A model generated the notes under the pieces. It saw nothing but the letters and a program-made list of their open reading frames with translations, was not told where the DNA came from and ran no database searches. Positions 44,301 to 54,351 of a DNA stretch of 64,000 bases are shown one piece after another. The DNA is from a virus (lineage: Duplodnaviria; Caudoviricetes): positions 1-64,000 of the IMG/VR virus record IMGVR_UViG_3300020388_000011. One strand, 5' to 3'. The position numbers and the translations under genes were made by a program. Within the stretch, counting starts at the first letter, position 1. Each line of letters opens with the position of its first letter.

Positions 44301-46995
44301 TGTTATCGTTGGCGGTGCCCTAACTGTTGTTGGAGATACCACATTCCTAGGAATTGTATCTATTACTGATACATTATTCGTCAACCAGGAAATCACTGGT
44401 GTTTCCACAGTAAATAGACTGGAGTTTAATGTAGGTATTGGTTCTACGTTGACTGTGGGCTTCCTCAGCACCAAGGACTTATATGTTGCTGGTGTTTCCA
44501 CCTTCGTTGGTGTAGGCACGTTCCAGAACGATCTATACGTCTCTAAAGACCTCTTCGTAGAACGTAATGTTTTAATTGGTAGTGCTCTAACAGTACCTGA
44601 TTTAACAGCAACTGGTAATGCGAACATCACAGGTGTTGCTTCTATCACTAGTGGTACTATTGGAATTGTCACAATCGGCATTGCTTCTATTAGCAATGGC
44701 ACAATCGGGGTTGCCACTGTTGGTTTCTTAAGTGCTGCTAGTGGTGATGTTACTCTAGAGAATGCTGATATTGACAACGCGACTATTGGAGTTGCCACTG
44801 TCGGTTTCTTAAGTGTAACTGATGGTAGTATTTCAGGCATCGTCACGTTCACAGGTGAGATTGATATTAATGCGAACGTTGACATTGAAGGACTGCTTCG
44901 CGTTGATGACCTCATCGTAACAGGAGTAACCACACTCAACATCGCAGATATTAGTGATGCTGAAATTGATACCGCATTAATTACTGCCGCTACCATCAGC
45001 ACATCCCGTATTGGATTCTCTAGTGTTGGTATTTTAACTGTTGGATTTGGTGAAACTACAGCCGGTTCATTCTTCCGCACAGGTGTTGGTACTATTGTAG
45101 GATTTACTACAATCACTGGTGACGTATTCATTGATGGTAACCAGACAATTACTGGCATCTCTAGCTTCTCCCAGTTAGATGCGCAGCAGTCACAGATTGG
45201 TATCCTAACGGTATTTGATTTACTAGATTCCGACTTCATATTCTCCGCTGGTCCTCTAGGATTTGCTACACTCAATAACTTCTCAGCAAATATCGGTGTT
45301 GTTACTGGTCTCGCTATCAGTGGTGTACTGACTGCCCAGGATCTTGAGGTAGAAGACTTGCGAGTGACCAGAAACCTTGAGGTCAATGGAATCAGTTCAT
45401 TGGGTGCTCCTGGTCCTCTTGGATTCACTACAACTAGAGGTGACCTATATGTTGGAGGTGACCTATTCGTACTAGATGACATTTTCTATGATGAAATTTC
45501 TGGTCGTAACTTATTCATTAGTGGTATTGGTACAATCAATACACTATTTGCCAATACTGGTATTGTCACCACACTATTGGTAGAGAACCTTAATGCGAAC
45601 ATTGGGGTCGTAACAGATCTACGTGTTGAACAAGCTTCTGTCGGTGAGTATATTGGTACTTCAATCACAGCAGATTTCTTAGATATTACTGGACTCTCCA
45701 CATTCCGTGGCACTTCCGACTTCAGAAATGATGTTCTAGTTGACCGCAATGTAGATATTGCTGGTATTCTTACCGCATCTACTGTAGAAGCAACAGGAAT
45801 CTTCACAGGTCCTCAGGCATTTATTGATAATATTAGAGCATCTGTAATAGATGTAGACGATTTAACTTCTCTGCGTCAAACCACAGGAGTAGCTACAGTA
45901 ACTACATTCCTAAACCTACTAGGCAATTTCCAAGCAGTTGGGATGTCTACGATCAATATGATCGAGTCTGTAGAGATAATGAACTCAGGTTTAGTAACTA
46001 CTGGGTCACTATTCGTAGACACACTAGCGGAATTTGAAGATGTAATTATCAACGATACTCTTACCATTGATGGTATTGTTTCTATTAGCACTGATGTCTT
46101 CATTACTAATGGTAATCTTATTATTACTAATGGCAATCTTATCGCGGAAGATATCACCGCCACTAGAAACTTATTCGTAAGTGGGATTGGTACAATTCTT
46201 GCCATTGAATCCTCTAACGTTGAGGTTTCTGGATTCCTAAATGTTAATGGTATTACTACTAGCACCCAGATATATTCCTCGCTATTATATGCCAATACAG
46301 GTATTGTAACAACACTTATTGGTGATACCTTAACTTACAATACGGGCATTATAACCTCTCTAACGGTGCTGGATAGTGCGGTTATAGCTAACGATCTTCA
46401 AGTTATTGGTATAACTACTACTAATAATTTAAATGTCACCAACGACGCAGAGATAACAAACTTAAATGTGGTCGGCGTTTCTACATTAGCTAGCGCAGAT
46501 ATCAACCTCGCTAATATAGTAAATCTAACTTACAATTCTGGATTTGGAACTAGCCTCACACTTGAGTTTGGAGATATTACCGATGCAAGTATCGGTATTG
46601 CCACCATCACCTATGCTGATGTAACCAATTCACAAGTCGGAATTGAAACAGTTACTGTTAATCTAGATATCAAAGATATAACTAGACATTCGGCATTCAG
46701 ATTGAGTACCGCATCACAGTTCCCAACTCCTATGGTCATAGCAGATGATCTAACATATGATACATATGACATTACATTACAGGGAGTTGAAGCTGGAAAC
46801 GTACATACAACTAAAATCTTGGCAATTCAAGATGGCACAAGTCCATTCTTCAATGAATACTCCACGGTATTTAATAATGTTGAAGTTGGTACTTATGAAG
46901 TTATCATCAGCGCAGGAACTGTAGCAATTCAAATTACCCCAACATCTTCCAATCCATCTACGTTTACAGCAACAGTTGTCGCCACAAAGACATAA
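41359..46995 (+). CDS. Large beta-rich fibre/virion structural protein
   Basis: Repeated VTGIST/VGVATF/DLYVGGDL units; C-terminal HTTKILAIQDG...NEYSTV domain. Confidence 0.75.
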   Translation: MALFYQSGRVSRFAVGTPGFSTNRDLTLSVSGSLGVETSNPRASIDTPEISIRGPIYDAGIQTGGLGYFLSQDIEGVKWVAASPLDLTFVRVYEDDVQVGLSSFSGLNFKSNDPTLITINESPIGPNIADINFNTYWIRTQYGNNSGISTGYGPDGTYASLPGYGTSEAVGVTSVGIGTDKPEDDFQVGIGSTGVTINGPLGKLEAEIIKAKNIEIEGNITVESLIVDPGIATFRGNIDAQGISSFTGDIIAGFATIQELYVNDLEVEVFRAGVATLGLGRSAASFTVVENGLEVQGDIGTFFNDLYVGNDLYVAGDTFFNQINAENIRVSGVATLNAVEGNTGIFTSFKVTGITTLNQLEFNTGVGTNLQLESSTIGVLTATDITAGIATLGFASIKDANITGIVTVTEVDVEQIDIERAQVGVLTITQALSVSGTSTFVGLVTVTGEVFVDGDLTVTDQFTVKDLGAENLEVTGIGTIVNLESNVGIITTLFTEGSVNTGVGTFNVVDTNDIQAGTGTIGGIGFNSGRIDGTELDFDRGRIGILTGDLLSYGIGTFRDRFDSPGISNIAVAIGSNLNYSGFSQINGVTFGDELVDVVNRDLRVSGITTFAGVGTFGEDLYVKNDLFVGGELSFEQLTGTNLLVLGIATINQLDLNTGIGTFLDLEFLQVGVATITNLTGTISTITRMDSGTVAVTTDPSKYPTSNGQFYADRAFTEFLNSVETFTTDLTVFDETVLGGRLEVAGVSTFGSDIDLNGDIDVSGLTTTNFLFAGVGTILLLDTDFIESDEINTGIITAQDLVVTESADFQGDVVVDIGGTANIANANIGFASISQEVVGTSTVGFLSVTDANVGVVTVGVVSATEVDIDDLEANTASIGVATVGFGSFGTDENEGALFVTGINTFIGFTTFTGEVYIDGDLTVSGVTTFRQLDAEQSQIGILTTKTLLDSNGLLTAENVSISTSLTVNGLTTLTGFTTTADVIVGGALTVVGDTTFLGIVSITDTLFVNQEITGVSTVNRLEFNVGIGSTLTVGFLSTKDLYVAGVSTFVGVGTFQNDLYVSKDLFVERNVLIGSALTVPDLTATGNANITGVASITSGTIGIVTIGIASISNGTIGVATVGFLSAASGDVTLENADIDNATIGVATVGFLSVTDGSISGIVTFTGEIDINANVDIEGLLRVDDLIVTGVTTLNIADISDAEIDTALITAATISTSRIGFSSVGILTVGFGETTAGSFFRTGVGTIVGFTTITGDVFIDGNQTITGISSFSQLDAQQSQIGILTVFDLLDSDFIFSAGPLGFATLNNFSANIGVVTGLAISGVLTAQDLEVEDLRVTRNLEVNGISSLGAPGPLGFTTTRGDLYVGGDLFVLDDIFYDEISGRNLFISGIGTINTLFANTGIVTTLLVENLNANIGVVTDLRVEQASVGEYIGTSITADFLDITGLSTFRGTSDFRNDVLVDRNVDIAGILTASTVEATGIFTGPQAFIDNIRASVIDVDDLTSLRQTTGVATVTTFLNLLGNFQAVGMSTINMIESVEIMNSGLVTTGSLFVDTLAEFEDVIINDTLTIDGIVSISTDVFITNGNLIITNGNLIAEDITATRNLFVSGIGTILAIESSNVEVSGFLNVNGITTSTQIYSSLLYANTGIVTTLIGDTLTYNTGIITSLTVLDSAVIANDLQVIGITTTNNLNVTNDAEITNLNVVGVSTLASADINLANIVNLTYNSGFGTSLTLEFGDITDASIGIATITYADVTNSQVGIETVTVNLDIKDITRHSAFRLSTASQFPTPMVIADDLTYDTYDITLQGVEAGNVHTTKILAIQDGTSPFFNEYSTVFNNVEVGTYEVIISAGTVAIQITPTSSNPSTFTATVVATKT

Positions 46996-47056
46996 TTTAT
47001 ACAGTATAAATACATTCATACAATATAATTTTTAATTATAGGGGGAATGTGAACCC

Positions 47057-50000
47057 GTGGCGAATCAGAATTTCCGCGTCAAGAAAGGTTTAGAAGTAGG
47101 AGTAGGTGGAACGTCTCTATTCGCAGACGACACCGGAGTTGGTATTAATAGTACAACACCTAGAGGTGCCCTTGATGTAAGGGGAGATGCTTACATTGAA
47201 GATCTTAGGGTAGGACCTTCAACGGCAGGGATAGGGTCAACTTCCCTCTTTGTAGATGGTGGTACATATATTGATGGGGATGTATTTATTACTGGTGATC
47301 TCATCTTTGATGATGCGATCCTAGATGATCTAGTCGTCACTGGAATCTCATCACTTAATGAGCTAACATTTAATGTTGGCATTGGATCTACTCTCACTCT
47401 GCAATACCTCAATGTTACAGAGAGCGCAAAAATTAATGGCGCAGGTATTGCTACTATAGGTGGCGATCCAATATTCGAGACTATTGAAGTAACTGACTAC
47501 TCCATATTCGGTGGGCTGAATACAACTGGTTTCTCAACATTCTACCAGAACCTAGACATAAAAGAAGACCTATCAGTTGGTGGCAACATCGTACTGGAGG
47601 ATCTAGATGCTGGTAATATTACTGTTGGTGGTACAGTATTCACTAATGGCTTAGATTTTAATGTAGGTATTGGAACCACACTCACTCTTCAGTTTCTTAA
47701 AGTTACAGACAGTGCGGAAATTAATGGCGCAGGTATTGCTACCCTTGGTGGTGATCCAGTATTTAATTCATTATCAGTCACAGGATTCTCAACTTTCGGT
47801 GGACTGAATACAACTGGTTTCTCTACATTCTATCAGAACTTAAGAGTAGATAAAAATTTACAAGTTGGTGGAGATATTTCACTTGACGACCTAACCTCAG
47901 GTAATATTACTGTTGGTGGAACTGTAACTACCAACGGATTAGTATTTAATGTAGGTATCGGCACTACAGCTCAGTTTGAAGACTTAATTGTAACTGGAAT
48001 CTCTAGTCTTCAAACTATCACTGGTTTTGGCTCGGACCTCCAGTACTTGCCAGCAGGATCCATAAGTACAGCTATAGGTATTGGGTCAACGATTCCCCCC
48101 ACTCTGCGACCGACAGGGGAACCAATCCAAGCTGGCGATCTATGGTTTGACGCCCAAGGTTTAAGACAATACACATACTATATTGATCCTAATGGTGACG
48201 CACAGTGGGTAGATTCTAATCCACCCCCAACTGAACCAGCATTACGATTTAGTGGTGATGATGGTGAAATTGGTGAAGTTGATCTTCAACTAGCAGTATT
48301 TAATATTGTAGGTAAAAAGAACCAAGTACTTACTGATGCTGTAGGAGCAGGAACATCTCTTATTGTTGGTCTATCCACAAACGTTTCCATCGATGGAAGC
48401 CTTTCTGTAGGAACAACTGCTAGTTTTGGTGGTTCTGTTTCTATTGGAGATACATTATTTGTTACGGATAATGTTGTTATTGGTGGTGGTATTACCTTCC
48501 AGGGTGATGTTACTATTGAGATTGATGTAGAAGTAGAAGGTAATATTAATCAGAGTCCATCTGGTATTGCAACCTTTGGTGAATTAAACTTCAATGTCGG
48601 CTTTGGAAACTCACTTACTGTAGATGATCTATTTGTAACTGGTACTATTGAAGCAGATGGTGCGGGTATCGCTACTATTGGTGGCTCACCTGTCTTTGAG
48701 AACCTAACTGTCACTGGGATTACTACACTAGGTTTCACTACAGTTCAAGGTAACTTGAATGTTACTGGTGACTTAATTGTCGGTGACGATATTGTATTTG
48801 ATGAAGCCACTCTAAGGAATATTAATGTTTCTGGTCTAGCATCACTCAACCAACTAACTTACAATGTTGGTACAGCACAGACTCTAACTATACAGCAGAG
48901 ACTATTTGTAGACAACGCTCCCACAGATCTAAATGGAGATTTGCGTGTTGGTGGAGCATCTACATTTATTGGTATCGCCACCTTTAATGATAGAGCATTT
49001 TTTGGCGGTACTGTTGACATAAACGGAGATCTTATAGCTGATGATGCTAGTTTTGTAGATCTCACAGTAAGTCAATCACTGATTTCTTCTGAGATATTTA
49101 CATATAATGTGGGAACTGGTGATACATTCACTGCCACTACAGATCTTAGAGCTCCTGGAAACTTAACTGCCACCGTAGCAGGCATCTCAACTGTAAATGT
49201 TGCTACTGAGCTTGAAGTCTCTGGGGTTAGTTCCTTTATTGGTGACATTGACTTCACTAAGGCAACTGGGTTTGACCTAACAATAAAGAACCTCACAGTA
49301 CCTGCTGGTGGTAGCGCTAATATTCCTGGCATCGCACTCACCACTAGTGATGCTGTATTCCCTAACCTATTAGTAACTGGAGTATCTACATTCCAGGGTG
49401 AGGTAGAAGCAGATGCCAATGTATCTATAGCAGGTACGATATTTGTAGGAGCAGATGGAAGTCCTGTTATTACTTTAGATCCAAGCCAAAAGCTTGTTCA
49501 GGTAGGTGATTCTTTCATTCAAGGATCTAACTTCGCCACATTAACCCCTGCCAAAATTAAATCGGGTGAAGCAGAGTTTACTCAACTCAATGTAACAGGT
49601 TCTACAAATTCCGTATTTGCTGGTGATGTTGAAGTACAGGGTAATCTCATAGTAAGTGGAGACATTGACTATGATGAAGTAACCGGTCGTAATCTAAACA
49701 TTACTGGCATCGGCACAATTGAAGATCTATTTAGCACCAACTTGACTGTAGCAGAACTTACAGAACTAAAGGATCTAAATGTTAGTGGTACTGCTAATAT
49801 TTCTGGTGTTGGTATTGTTACTCTAGGTGGTGACGTAACATTCAATTCAGTAGTAGTAACTGGTTTCTCCACTTTCAGTGGAATAGGTACATTCCAAAAT
49901 GACCTATTCGTTTCCGATAATCTATTCGTTTCTGAGCTAACATCAACTACAAACTTAATTGCTAGTGGAGTTTCTACCTTAAGTATAGTTGGAGCCGACA

Positions 50001-51049
50001 CTATTGGGTTTGGAACTGCTACGGGTAATGAGATAACAATAAACAGTCTTACTGTACCACCTGGTGGCTTTGTAAGTCTTCCAAACATTCCAGTCAGCGG
50101 AGGAAGTGCGACATTCGCTGAACTAGAAGTTACTGGCGTATCTACATTCGCTGGTATCGCAACATTCTCTGCTGATATATATGTAAATGGTGACCTAGTA
50201 GTTGAAGGTAATCAAGTATTTTCTGGCATTAGTGGTATAAACATTGATGTCACGGGAATCCTCACAACTAATCAGTTTAGGGCTACTGGACTATCAACAT
50301 TCACTAGTGATCTATTTGTAGAAGATGATCTATTCGTAAAGCGTAATCTTCTAGTTGGTGGCATAGCAACTGTAGGCACTCTAACCGCAACAGATGCTCG
50401 TGTCCTAAATCTAATTATTGATGGCAACCTTACAGGTGGTTCCGATGGACAAGCAATTATTATTGATGGTGACTCTATCATCAGTGGTATTGTAACTATT
50501 GGTCCAGCTTCAATTACATTGAACGGTCTTCCCGGTCAAGAGAAGATTGAAATTGGAACTGGTAGTGGAAATGTTATTGCTGGTCTCAATACCTTTACAA
50601 ATGACCCATCCCACGTCCAGGTTGATGAAGGAAGATTCAACACATTCATTAGCGTAGCTGGTGTGGGTTCAACCTCAACCTTCAGTGGTGATGTAGTTGT
50701 TGGAGGTCAGATACGAGCAGACAGTGCAAGTATAACGGGCACTATTAGTGCTGGGGACTTTAATTCCCTCTCGGATATTAGAGTCAAGGATAATGTGAAG
50801 CCCATTGAGGGAGCCCTTGATAAAATTTGTAAATTAAATGGTATTACCTTTGAATTTATAAATAGCGGGAAACAATCTGCTGGTGTCATAGCACAAGAAG
50901 TTCGGGAAGTTTTCCCAACAATGGTTGTTGGAGATTTCCCCAAGTCTGTTAATTACAACGGATTGATTGGTGCTTTGATTGAATCCGTGAAGGAACTCAA
51001 AGAAGAAAATAATGAGTTAAGATCTAGGATAGAGAGGCTAGAAAGTTAA
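47057..51049 (+). CDS. Tail fibre with C-terminal peptidase S74 intramolecular chaperone
   Basis: SDIRVKDNV..I..AL..I..L.G, AGVIAQEV, VNYNGLIG.LIES + coiled coil; GTG start; late promoter at 47005. Confidence 0.85.
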   Translation: MANQNFRVKKGLEVGVGGTSLFADDTGVGINSTTPRGALDVRGDAYIEDLRVGPSTAGIGSTSLFVDGGTYIDGDVFITGDLIFDDAILDDLVVTGISSLNELTFNVGIGSTLTLQYLNVTESAKINGAGIATIGGDPIFETIEVTDYSIFGGLNTTGFSTFYQNLDIKEDLSVGGNIVLEDLDAGNITVGGTVFTNGLDFNVGIGTTLTLQFLKVTDSAEINGAGIATLGGDPVFNSLSVTGFSTFGGLNTTGFSTFYQNLRVDKNLQVGGDISLDDLTSGNITVGGTVTTNGLVFNVGIGTTAQFEDLIVTGISSLQTITGFGSDLQYLPAGSISTAIGIGSTIPPTLRPTGEPIQAGDLWFDAQGLRQYTYYIDPNGDAQWVDSNPPPTEPALRFSGDDGEIGEVDLQLAVFNIVGKKNQVLTDAVGAGTSLIVGLSTNVSIDGSLSVGTTASFGGSVSIGDTLFVTDNVVIGGGITFQGDVTIEIDVEVEGNINQSPSGIATFGELNFNVGFGNSLTVDDLFVTGTIEADGAGIATIGGSPVFENLTVTGITTLGFTTVQGNLNVTGDLIVGDDIVFDEATLRNINVSGLASLNQLTYNVGTAQTLTIQQRLFVDNAPTDLNGDLRVGGASTFIGIATFNDRAFFGGTVDINGDLIADDASFVDLTVSQSLISSEIFTYNVGTGDTFTATTDLRAPGNLTATVAGISTVNVATELEVSGVSSFIGDIDFTKATGFDLTIKNLTVPAGGSANIPGIALTTSDAVFPNLLVTGVSTFQGEVEADANVSIAGTIFVGADGSPVITLDPSQKLVQVGDSFIQGSNFATLTPAKIKSGEAEFTQLNVTGSTNSVFAGDVEVQGNLIVSGDIDYDEVTGRNLNITGIGTIEDLFSTNLTVAELTELKDLNVSGTANISGVGIVTLGGDVTFNSVVVTGFSTFSGIGTFQNDLFVSDNLFVSELTSTTNLIASGVSTLSIVGADTIGFGTATGNEITINSLTVPPGGFVSLPNIPVSGGSATFAELEVTGVSTFAGIATFSADIYVNGDLVVEGNQVFSGISGINIDVTGILTTNQFRATGLSTFTSDLFVEDDLFVKRNLLVGGIATVGTLTATDARVLNLIIDGNLTGGSDGQAIIIDGDSIISGIVTIGPASITLNGLPGQEKIEIGTGSGNVIAGLNTFTNDPSHVQVDEGRFNTFISVAGVGSTSTFSGDVVVGGQIRADSASITGTISAGDFNSLSDIRVKDNVKPIEGALDKICKLNGITFEFINSGKQSAGVIAQEVREVFPTMVVGDFPKSVNYNGLIGALIESVKELKEENNELRSRIERLES
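47365..47960 (+). repeat. 288-bp (96-aa) internal tandem duplication
   Basis: attaatggcgcaggtattgctac at 47432 and 47720. Confidence 0.8.
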
Positions 51050-51121
51050 AGTTACATAAATATAAAGAGGCTTATTTAGCCTTTTTGTACGTACACAAAG
51101 ACTTTAAGGAGAAAAATTTTA

Positions 51122-52801
51122 ATGGCATACCAAATACAAGGTGATGTTATTATTAATGATACAAGAGATCTTATTGGGATTAATACCGCTGGTATTGATG
51201 CCGCTCTCTTTGTAGGTGATCAGATTCAGCTAGATGCTGGTTCTGGAATCGTAACTGCGGTTGAGTACCGTGGTGATGGTTCACAACTAACTGGTATCAT
51301 CACCGCTGGTGGTGGTGGCGGAACAGTTATTGATTTAAATGTCACTGGCATCGCTACAATTGGCGAACTAAACGTCACTGGTGTAGCTACATTTAATGGA
51401 GATATTGATCTCAATAATAATGATATTCTAAATGGTGGTGTAGGCAACTTCACCTCATTGGAGGTTGCTGGTCATATTGAAGGTGACACACTACAAATCA
51501 GTGGTCTATCCACATTTGCAGGTGCTGCCGAGTTCACCCAGATTAGTTTCACTGGCGGAGACGCTGCTGAATTCGCATCTGGAATCACAACAGACCTAAA
51601 TGAGTCTGCTGGCGCTAACGAGCTAGCAACTGCCGAAGGTACAAAGGATTATGTTGACTCCAAGATTGGTGGTGGTTCACTACTAGAGATTGTTGGTGAT
51701 AATGGTGTTCAAGGTGAGATTGACCTAGCAAATGACGAAGTATTTGAACTCTCAGGTACTTCTAATCAGATTGATACTGATATTGCTGGTGTTGGTTTCA
51801 ACACCGTCACATTCTCACTCTCATCCACACTAGAGCTTCCTGGCTCTATGGCGTTTGCTGGTGGTGATGCTGACGAGAACTTCACTGGAATCACAACAGA
51901 CCTAAATGAGTCTTCTGGCGATACTGAAGCAGTTACTGCTGCAGGAGTTGTCAACTATGTTGCTGGTCAAGTTGGTGGAAACTCCAATCTAACTATTGTT
52001 GACGATGCTGCTGGCATTGGAACAATTGCTCTAGGTACAGAGAGTTTTGTAATCAATGGGACTCCTAATGAAGTCACAGCTGTTGTCTCTGGCGTTCCTG
52101 GAGTTCTTACTCTTGGCTTGGCTGAAGATGTAACAATTACTGGTAGCCTAACCGTTACTAACGACTTCAGTTTTGCTGGTGGTCAAATAGTTAACGTTAT
52201 TGGTATTGAGACCTCATTGGTCGATACTGTAACCGGAATTGCTACTAACAGCAGCATTCCTACTCAACTAGCTGTTAAGACTTACGTCGATGCTGCTATT
52301 ACCGAGACTGGTGGCACTCTAAACTTTGGAGGTGGTACTGGAACTGGTTCTGTTGACTTAAGCAGCCAGACCTTCAGCATCGTAGGTACTAATCTAGAAG
52401 TAGAAACAGTTGGTGCTGGTCAATCTATCACGATTGGTCTACCTGACAGTGTATCTATTACTAGCTTGCTAACCACAGGTGCTGGCGCTGTTATTACTGG
52501 TGTCTGTACCGCTACTGACTTCAACTCAACTTCTGATATCCGTAAAAAGGATAACATCGTTGAGATTGACGAAGCTGTAGCTAAAGTTCAAGCACTACGC
52601 GGTGTAACTTTCGATTGGAAAGATGGTTCAGGTTCTTCAGCTGGTGTTATCGCACAGGAAGTTGAAGCTGTTCTTCCTACTCTAGTCAAGGAAGGTGCTG
52701 ATCACAAGACTGTTGTTTATAACGGTCTAATTGGTCTACTCGTTCAGGCTGTTAAAGAACAGGCTGATCAAATTGCTGCTCTTCAAGAGAAGCTTGGTTG
52801 A
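51122..52801 (+). CDS. Tail fibre with C-terminal peptidase S74 chaperone
   Basis: SDIRKKDNI, AGVIAQEVEAVLP, VYNGLIGLL; AAGGAG RBS; internal GITTDLNES repeat. Confidence 0.85.
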   Translation: MAYQIQGDVIINDTRDLIGINTAGIDAALFVGDQIQLDAGSGIVTAVEYRGDGSQLTGIITAGGGGGTVIDLNVTGIATIGELNVTGVATFNGDIDLNNNDILNGGVGNFTSLEVAGHIEGDTLQISGLSTFAGAAEFTQISFTGGDAAEFASGITTDLNESAGANELATAEGTKDYVDSKIGGGSLLEIVGDNGVQGEIDLANDEVFELSGTSNQIDTDIAGVGFNTVTFSLSSTLELPGSMAFAGGDADENFTGITTDLNESSGDTEAVTAAGVVNYVAGQVGGNSNLTIVDDAAGIGTIALGTESFVINGTPNEVTAVVSGVPGVLTLGLAEDVTITGSLTVTNDFSFAGGQIVNVIGIETSLVDTVTGIATNSSIPTQLAVKTYVDAAITETGGTLNFGGGTGTGSVDLSSQTFSIVGTNLEVETVGAGQSITIGLPDSVSITSLLTTGAGAVITGVCTATDFNSTSDIRKKDNIVEIDEAVAKVQALRGVTFDWKDGSGSSAGVIAQEVEAVLPTLVKEGADHKTVVYNGLIGLLVQAVKEQADQIAALQEKLG

Positions 52802-52829
52802 TCTATCTATTATAACATAGATATGGGGC

Positions 52830-52858
52830 TTGACAAAGCCTCTTAAATCAACTACAAT
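52830..52858 (+). promoter_or_regulatory. Near-consensus sigma70 promoter
   Basis: TTGACA-17 nt-TACAAT. Confidence 0.75.
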
Positions 52859-52905
52859 CAGCCTTGTCGGGGTTGATAAGTCACTCTAAGTACTTAGAGA
52901 ATCAT

Positions 52906-52932
52906 AGAAGGACTTTAAAGTCCTTCTTTTTT
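52906..52932 (+). terminator. Terminator (22-bp perfect palindrome + T run)
   Basis: AGAAGGACTTTAAAGTCCTTCT followed by TTTTT. Confidence 0.7.
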
Positions 52933-52966
52933 ATGTCTATAAATAATTATAGTCATTAATATGTAA

Positions 52967-53098
52967 ATGGGATTTTCTATTAGAGGAAAAGAAATTATTT
53001 CAAGTGGTGATGAAGAGCTAAAGTCAAGTAGCACTGAAGAGTCTACTGAAGAAGTGGTATTACCTATCCCCACCCCTACTGAGGAAGAAGCACAATAA
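52967..53098 (+). CDS. Small acidic hypothetical protein (43 aa, not in ORF track)
   Basis: Late promoter at 52938; MGFSIRGKEII...EEEAQ. Confidence 0.5.
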   Translation: MGFSIRGKEIISSGDEELKSSSTEESTEEVVLPIPTPTEEEAQ

Positions 53099-53140
53099 GC
53101 TTATTGTATGTTATAATAGTACCTTGGTGAATCATATCAA

Positions 53141-53377
53141 ATGTTAACAGTATATTCTAAAACTAAATGCCAATACTGTGAAGCTATAACTAAGCTTCTT
53201 AAGTTAAAAAATATTGAGTATAAAAAATTACTATTAGCTGTTGATTTTACTAGAGAAGAATTTATTGAGAAATTTGGATCTAACACCACGTTTCCAAAAG
53301 TTTTAAAAGAAGATGGTACCATCATCGGAGGTGCTACTGACACAGTTAATTATTTAAAGCTTGAGGGACTATTATAA
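53141..53377 (+). CDS. nrdC: Glutaredoxin
   Basis: VYSK..CQYC, TFPKV, IGG; TGTTATAAT upstream at 53109. Confidence 0.9.
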   Translation: MLTVYSKTKCQYCEAITKLLKLKNIEYKKLLLAVDFTREEFIEKFGSNTTFPKVLKEDGTIIGGATDTVNYLKLEGLL

Positions 53378-53405
53378 ATAACTAAAAGACCTTGGGGGAG
53401 AGCAA

Positions 53406-53636
53406 ATGCTTACTCTATCGATTGTATTTGGCGTCATAATGCTCCAAATGTTTCTTCTGTTAGGGGGTGTCATAGGCTATCTAACTTATGGTTACATTTC
53501 AGCTCAAGCTTCAGCATTACCAAACCACCCAGAGTTTTACGATGAAGAAGGTAACGTATTACCAGATGAGATTCTTGCTATTCGTTTTGAGAATAGCTAC
53601 GATAACCTGGGTGATTGGGAAGAAGAAGACCTTTAA
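53406..53636 (+). CDS. Conserved cyanophage membrane protein
   Basis: TM helix then HPEFYDEEGNVLPDEILAIRFEN. Confidence 0.75.
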   Translation: MLTLSIVFGVIMLQMFLLLGGVIGYLTYGYISAQASALPNHPEFYDEEGNVLPDEILAIRFENSYDNLGDWEEEDL

Positions 53637-53656
53637 AACATTATTTTTTAATTATC

Positions 53657-54268
53657 ATGGCAGAAGCGACAACGAAAACAAGGAAGCCTTCCGCTTCCAA
53701 AGCAACTACTTCACCTAAAAAGAAGCCACTTTCGATGGACCTACCAAATAGTCCATTGATGTTTGAAATTTTAGATCTAGCCTCTCGTCAAAGGAGTAAG
53801 GCTAAAAAAGTGGAAGTTCTTAAAAAATATGAATGTATGACTCTTAAGTCTTTATTCATTTGGAACTTTGATGACACTGTAATCAGTGTATTGCCTGAAG
53901 GTGAAGTACCTTACGGTGATCCTGAAGATCAGCTAAAATATAACGGTACATTGTCTGAAAATCTAGCGGATAAGTCTCGTAAAATGTATACTGACGGAAA
54001 CTTTTCACTAGGTAGTTCTGACACTAACGGTAGAACTACTCTTCGTGCCCAGACTCGCAACTTCTATCATTTCGTTAAGGGTGGTAATGATGACCTATCT
54101 GGTATGCGTCGTGAGTCTATGTTTATTAACCTTCTACAGTCAGTTCATCCTCTTGAAGCAGAGATTATGGTCCTTGTAAAGGATGGTCTTTTAGAAAATA
54201 CTTATAAAATTTCTAGAGAAATAGTTGAGCAGGCTTATCCCGACATCAGTTGGGGTGGAAGGGGTTGA
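53657..54268 (+). CDS. Conserved T4-like cyanophage hypothetical protein
   Basis: IWNFD...LPEGEVPY, FYHFVKGGN, RRESMFI.LL..HP.EA; start at ATG 53657. Confidence 0.8.
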   Translation: MAEATTKTRKPSASKATTSPKKKPLSMDLPNSPLMFEILDLASRQRSKAKKVEVLKKYECMTLKSLFIWNFDDTVISVLPEGEVPYGDPEDQLKYNGTLSENLADKSRKMYTDGNFSLGSSDTNGRTTLRAQTRNFYHFVKGGNDDLSGMRRESMFINLLQSVHPLEAEIMVLVKDGLLENTYKISREIVEQAYPDISWGGRG

Positions 54269-54335
54269 TTTTCTCCACCCAAAATCTTCCATAAACCTTA
54301 AGAAATTATAAAGCTTCCTAAATATGTGGAGAGTA

Positions 54336-54344
54336 TGCTATACT
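54336..54344 (+). promoter_or_regulatory. Extended -10 promoter for riboswitch leader
   Basis: TGCTATACT about 7 nt before the first aptamer. Confidence 0.6.
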
Positions 54345-54351
54345 CTTTATA

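Noticed and set aside
43860-45482. 540-aa reverse-strand ORF, and similar antisense ORFs across the fibre genes
   Set aside because: Shadow of the repetitive, codon-biased + strand gene; no recognisable motifs or expression signals
54270-54345. NtcA box upstream of the riboswitch
   Set aside because: No GTA-N8-TAC match found
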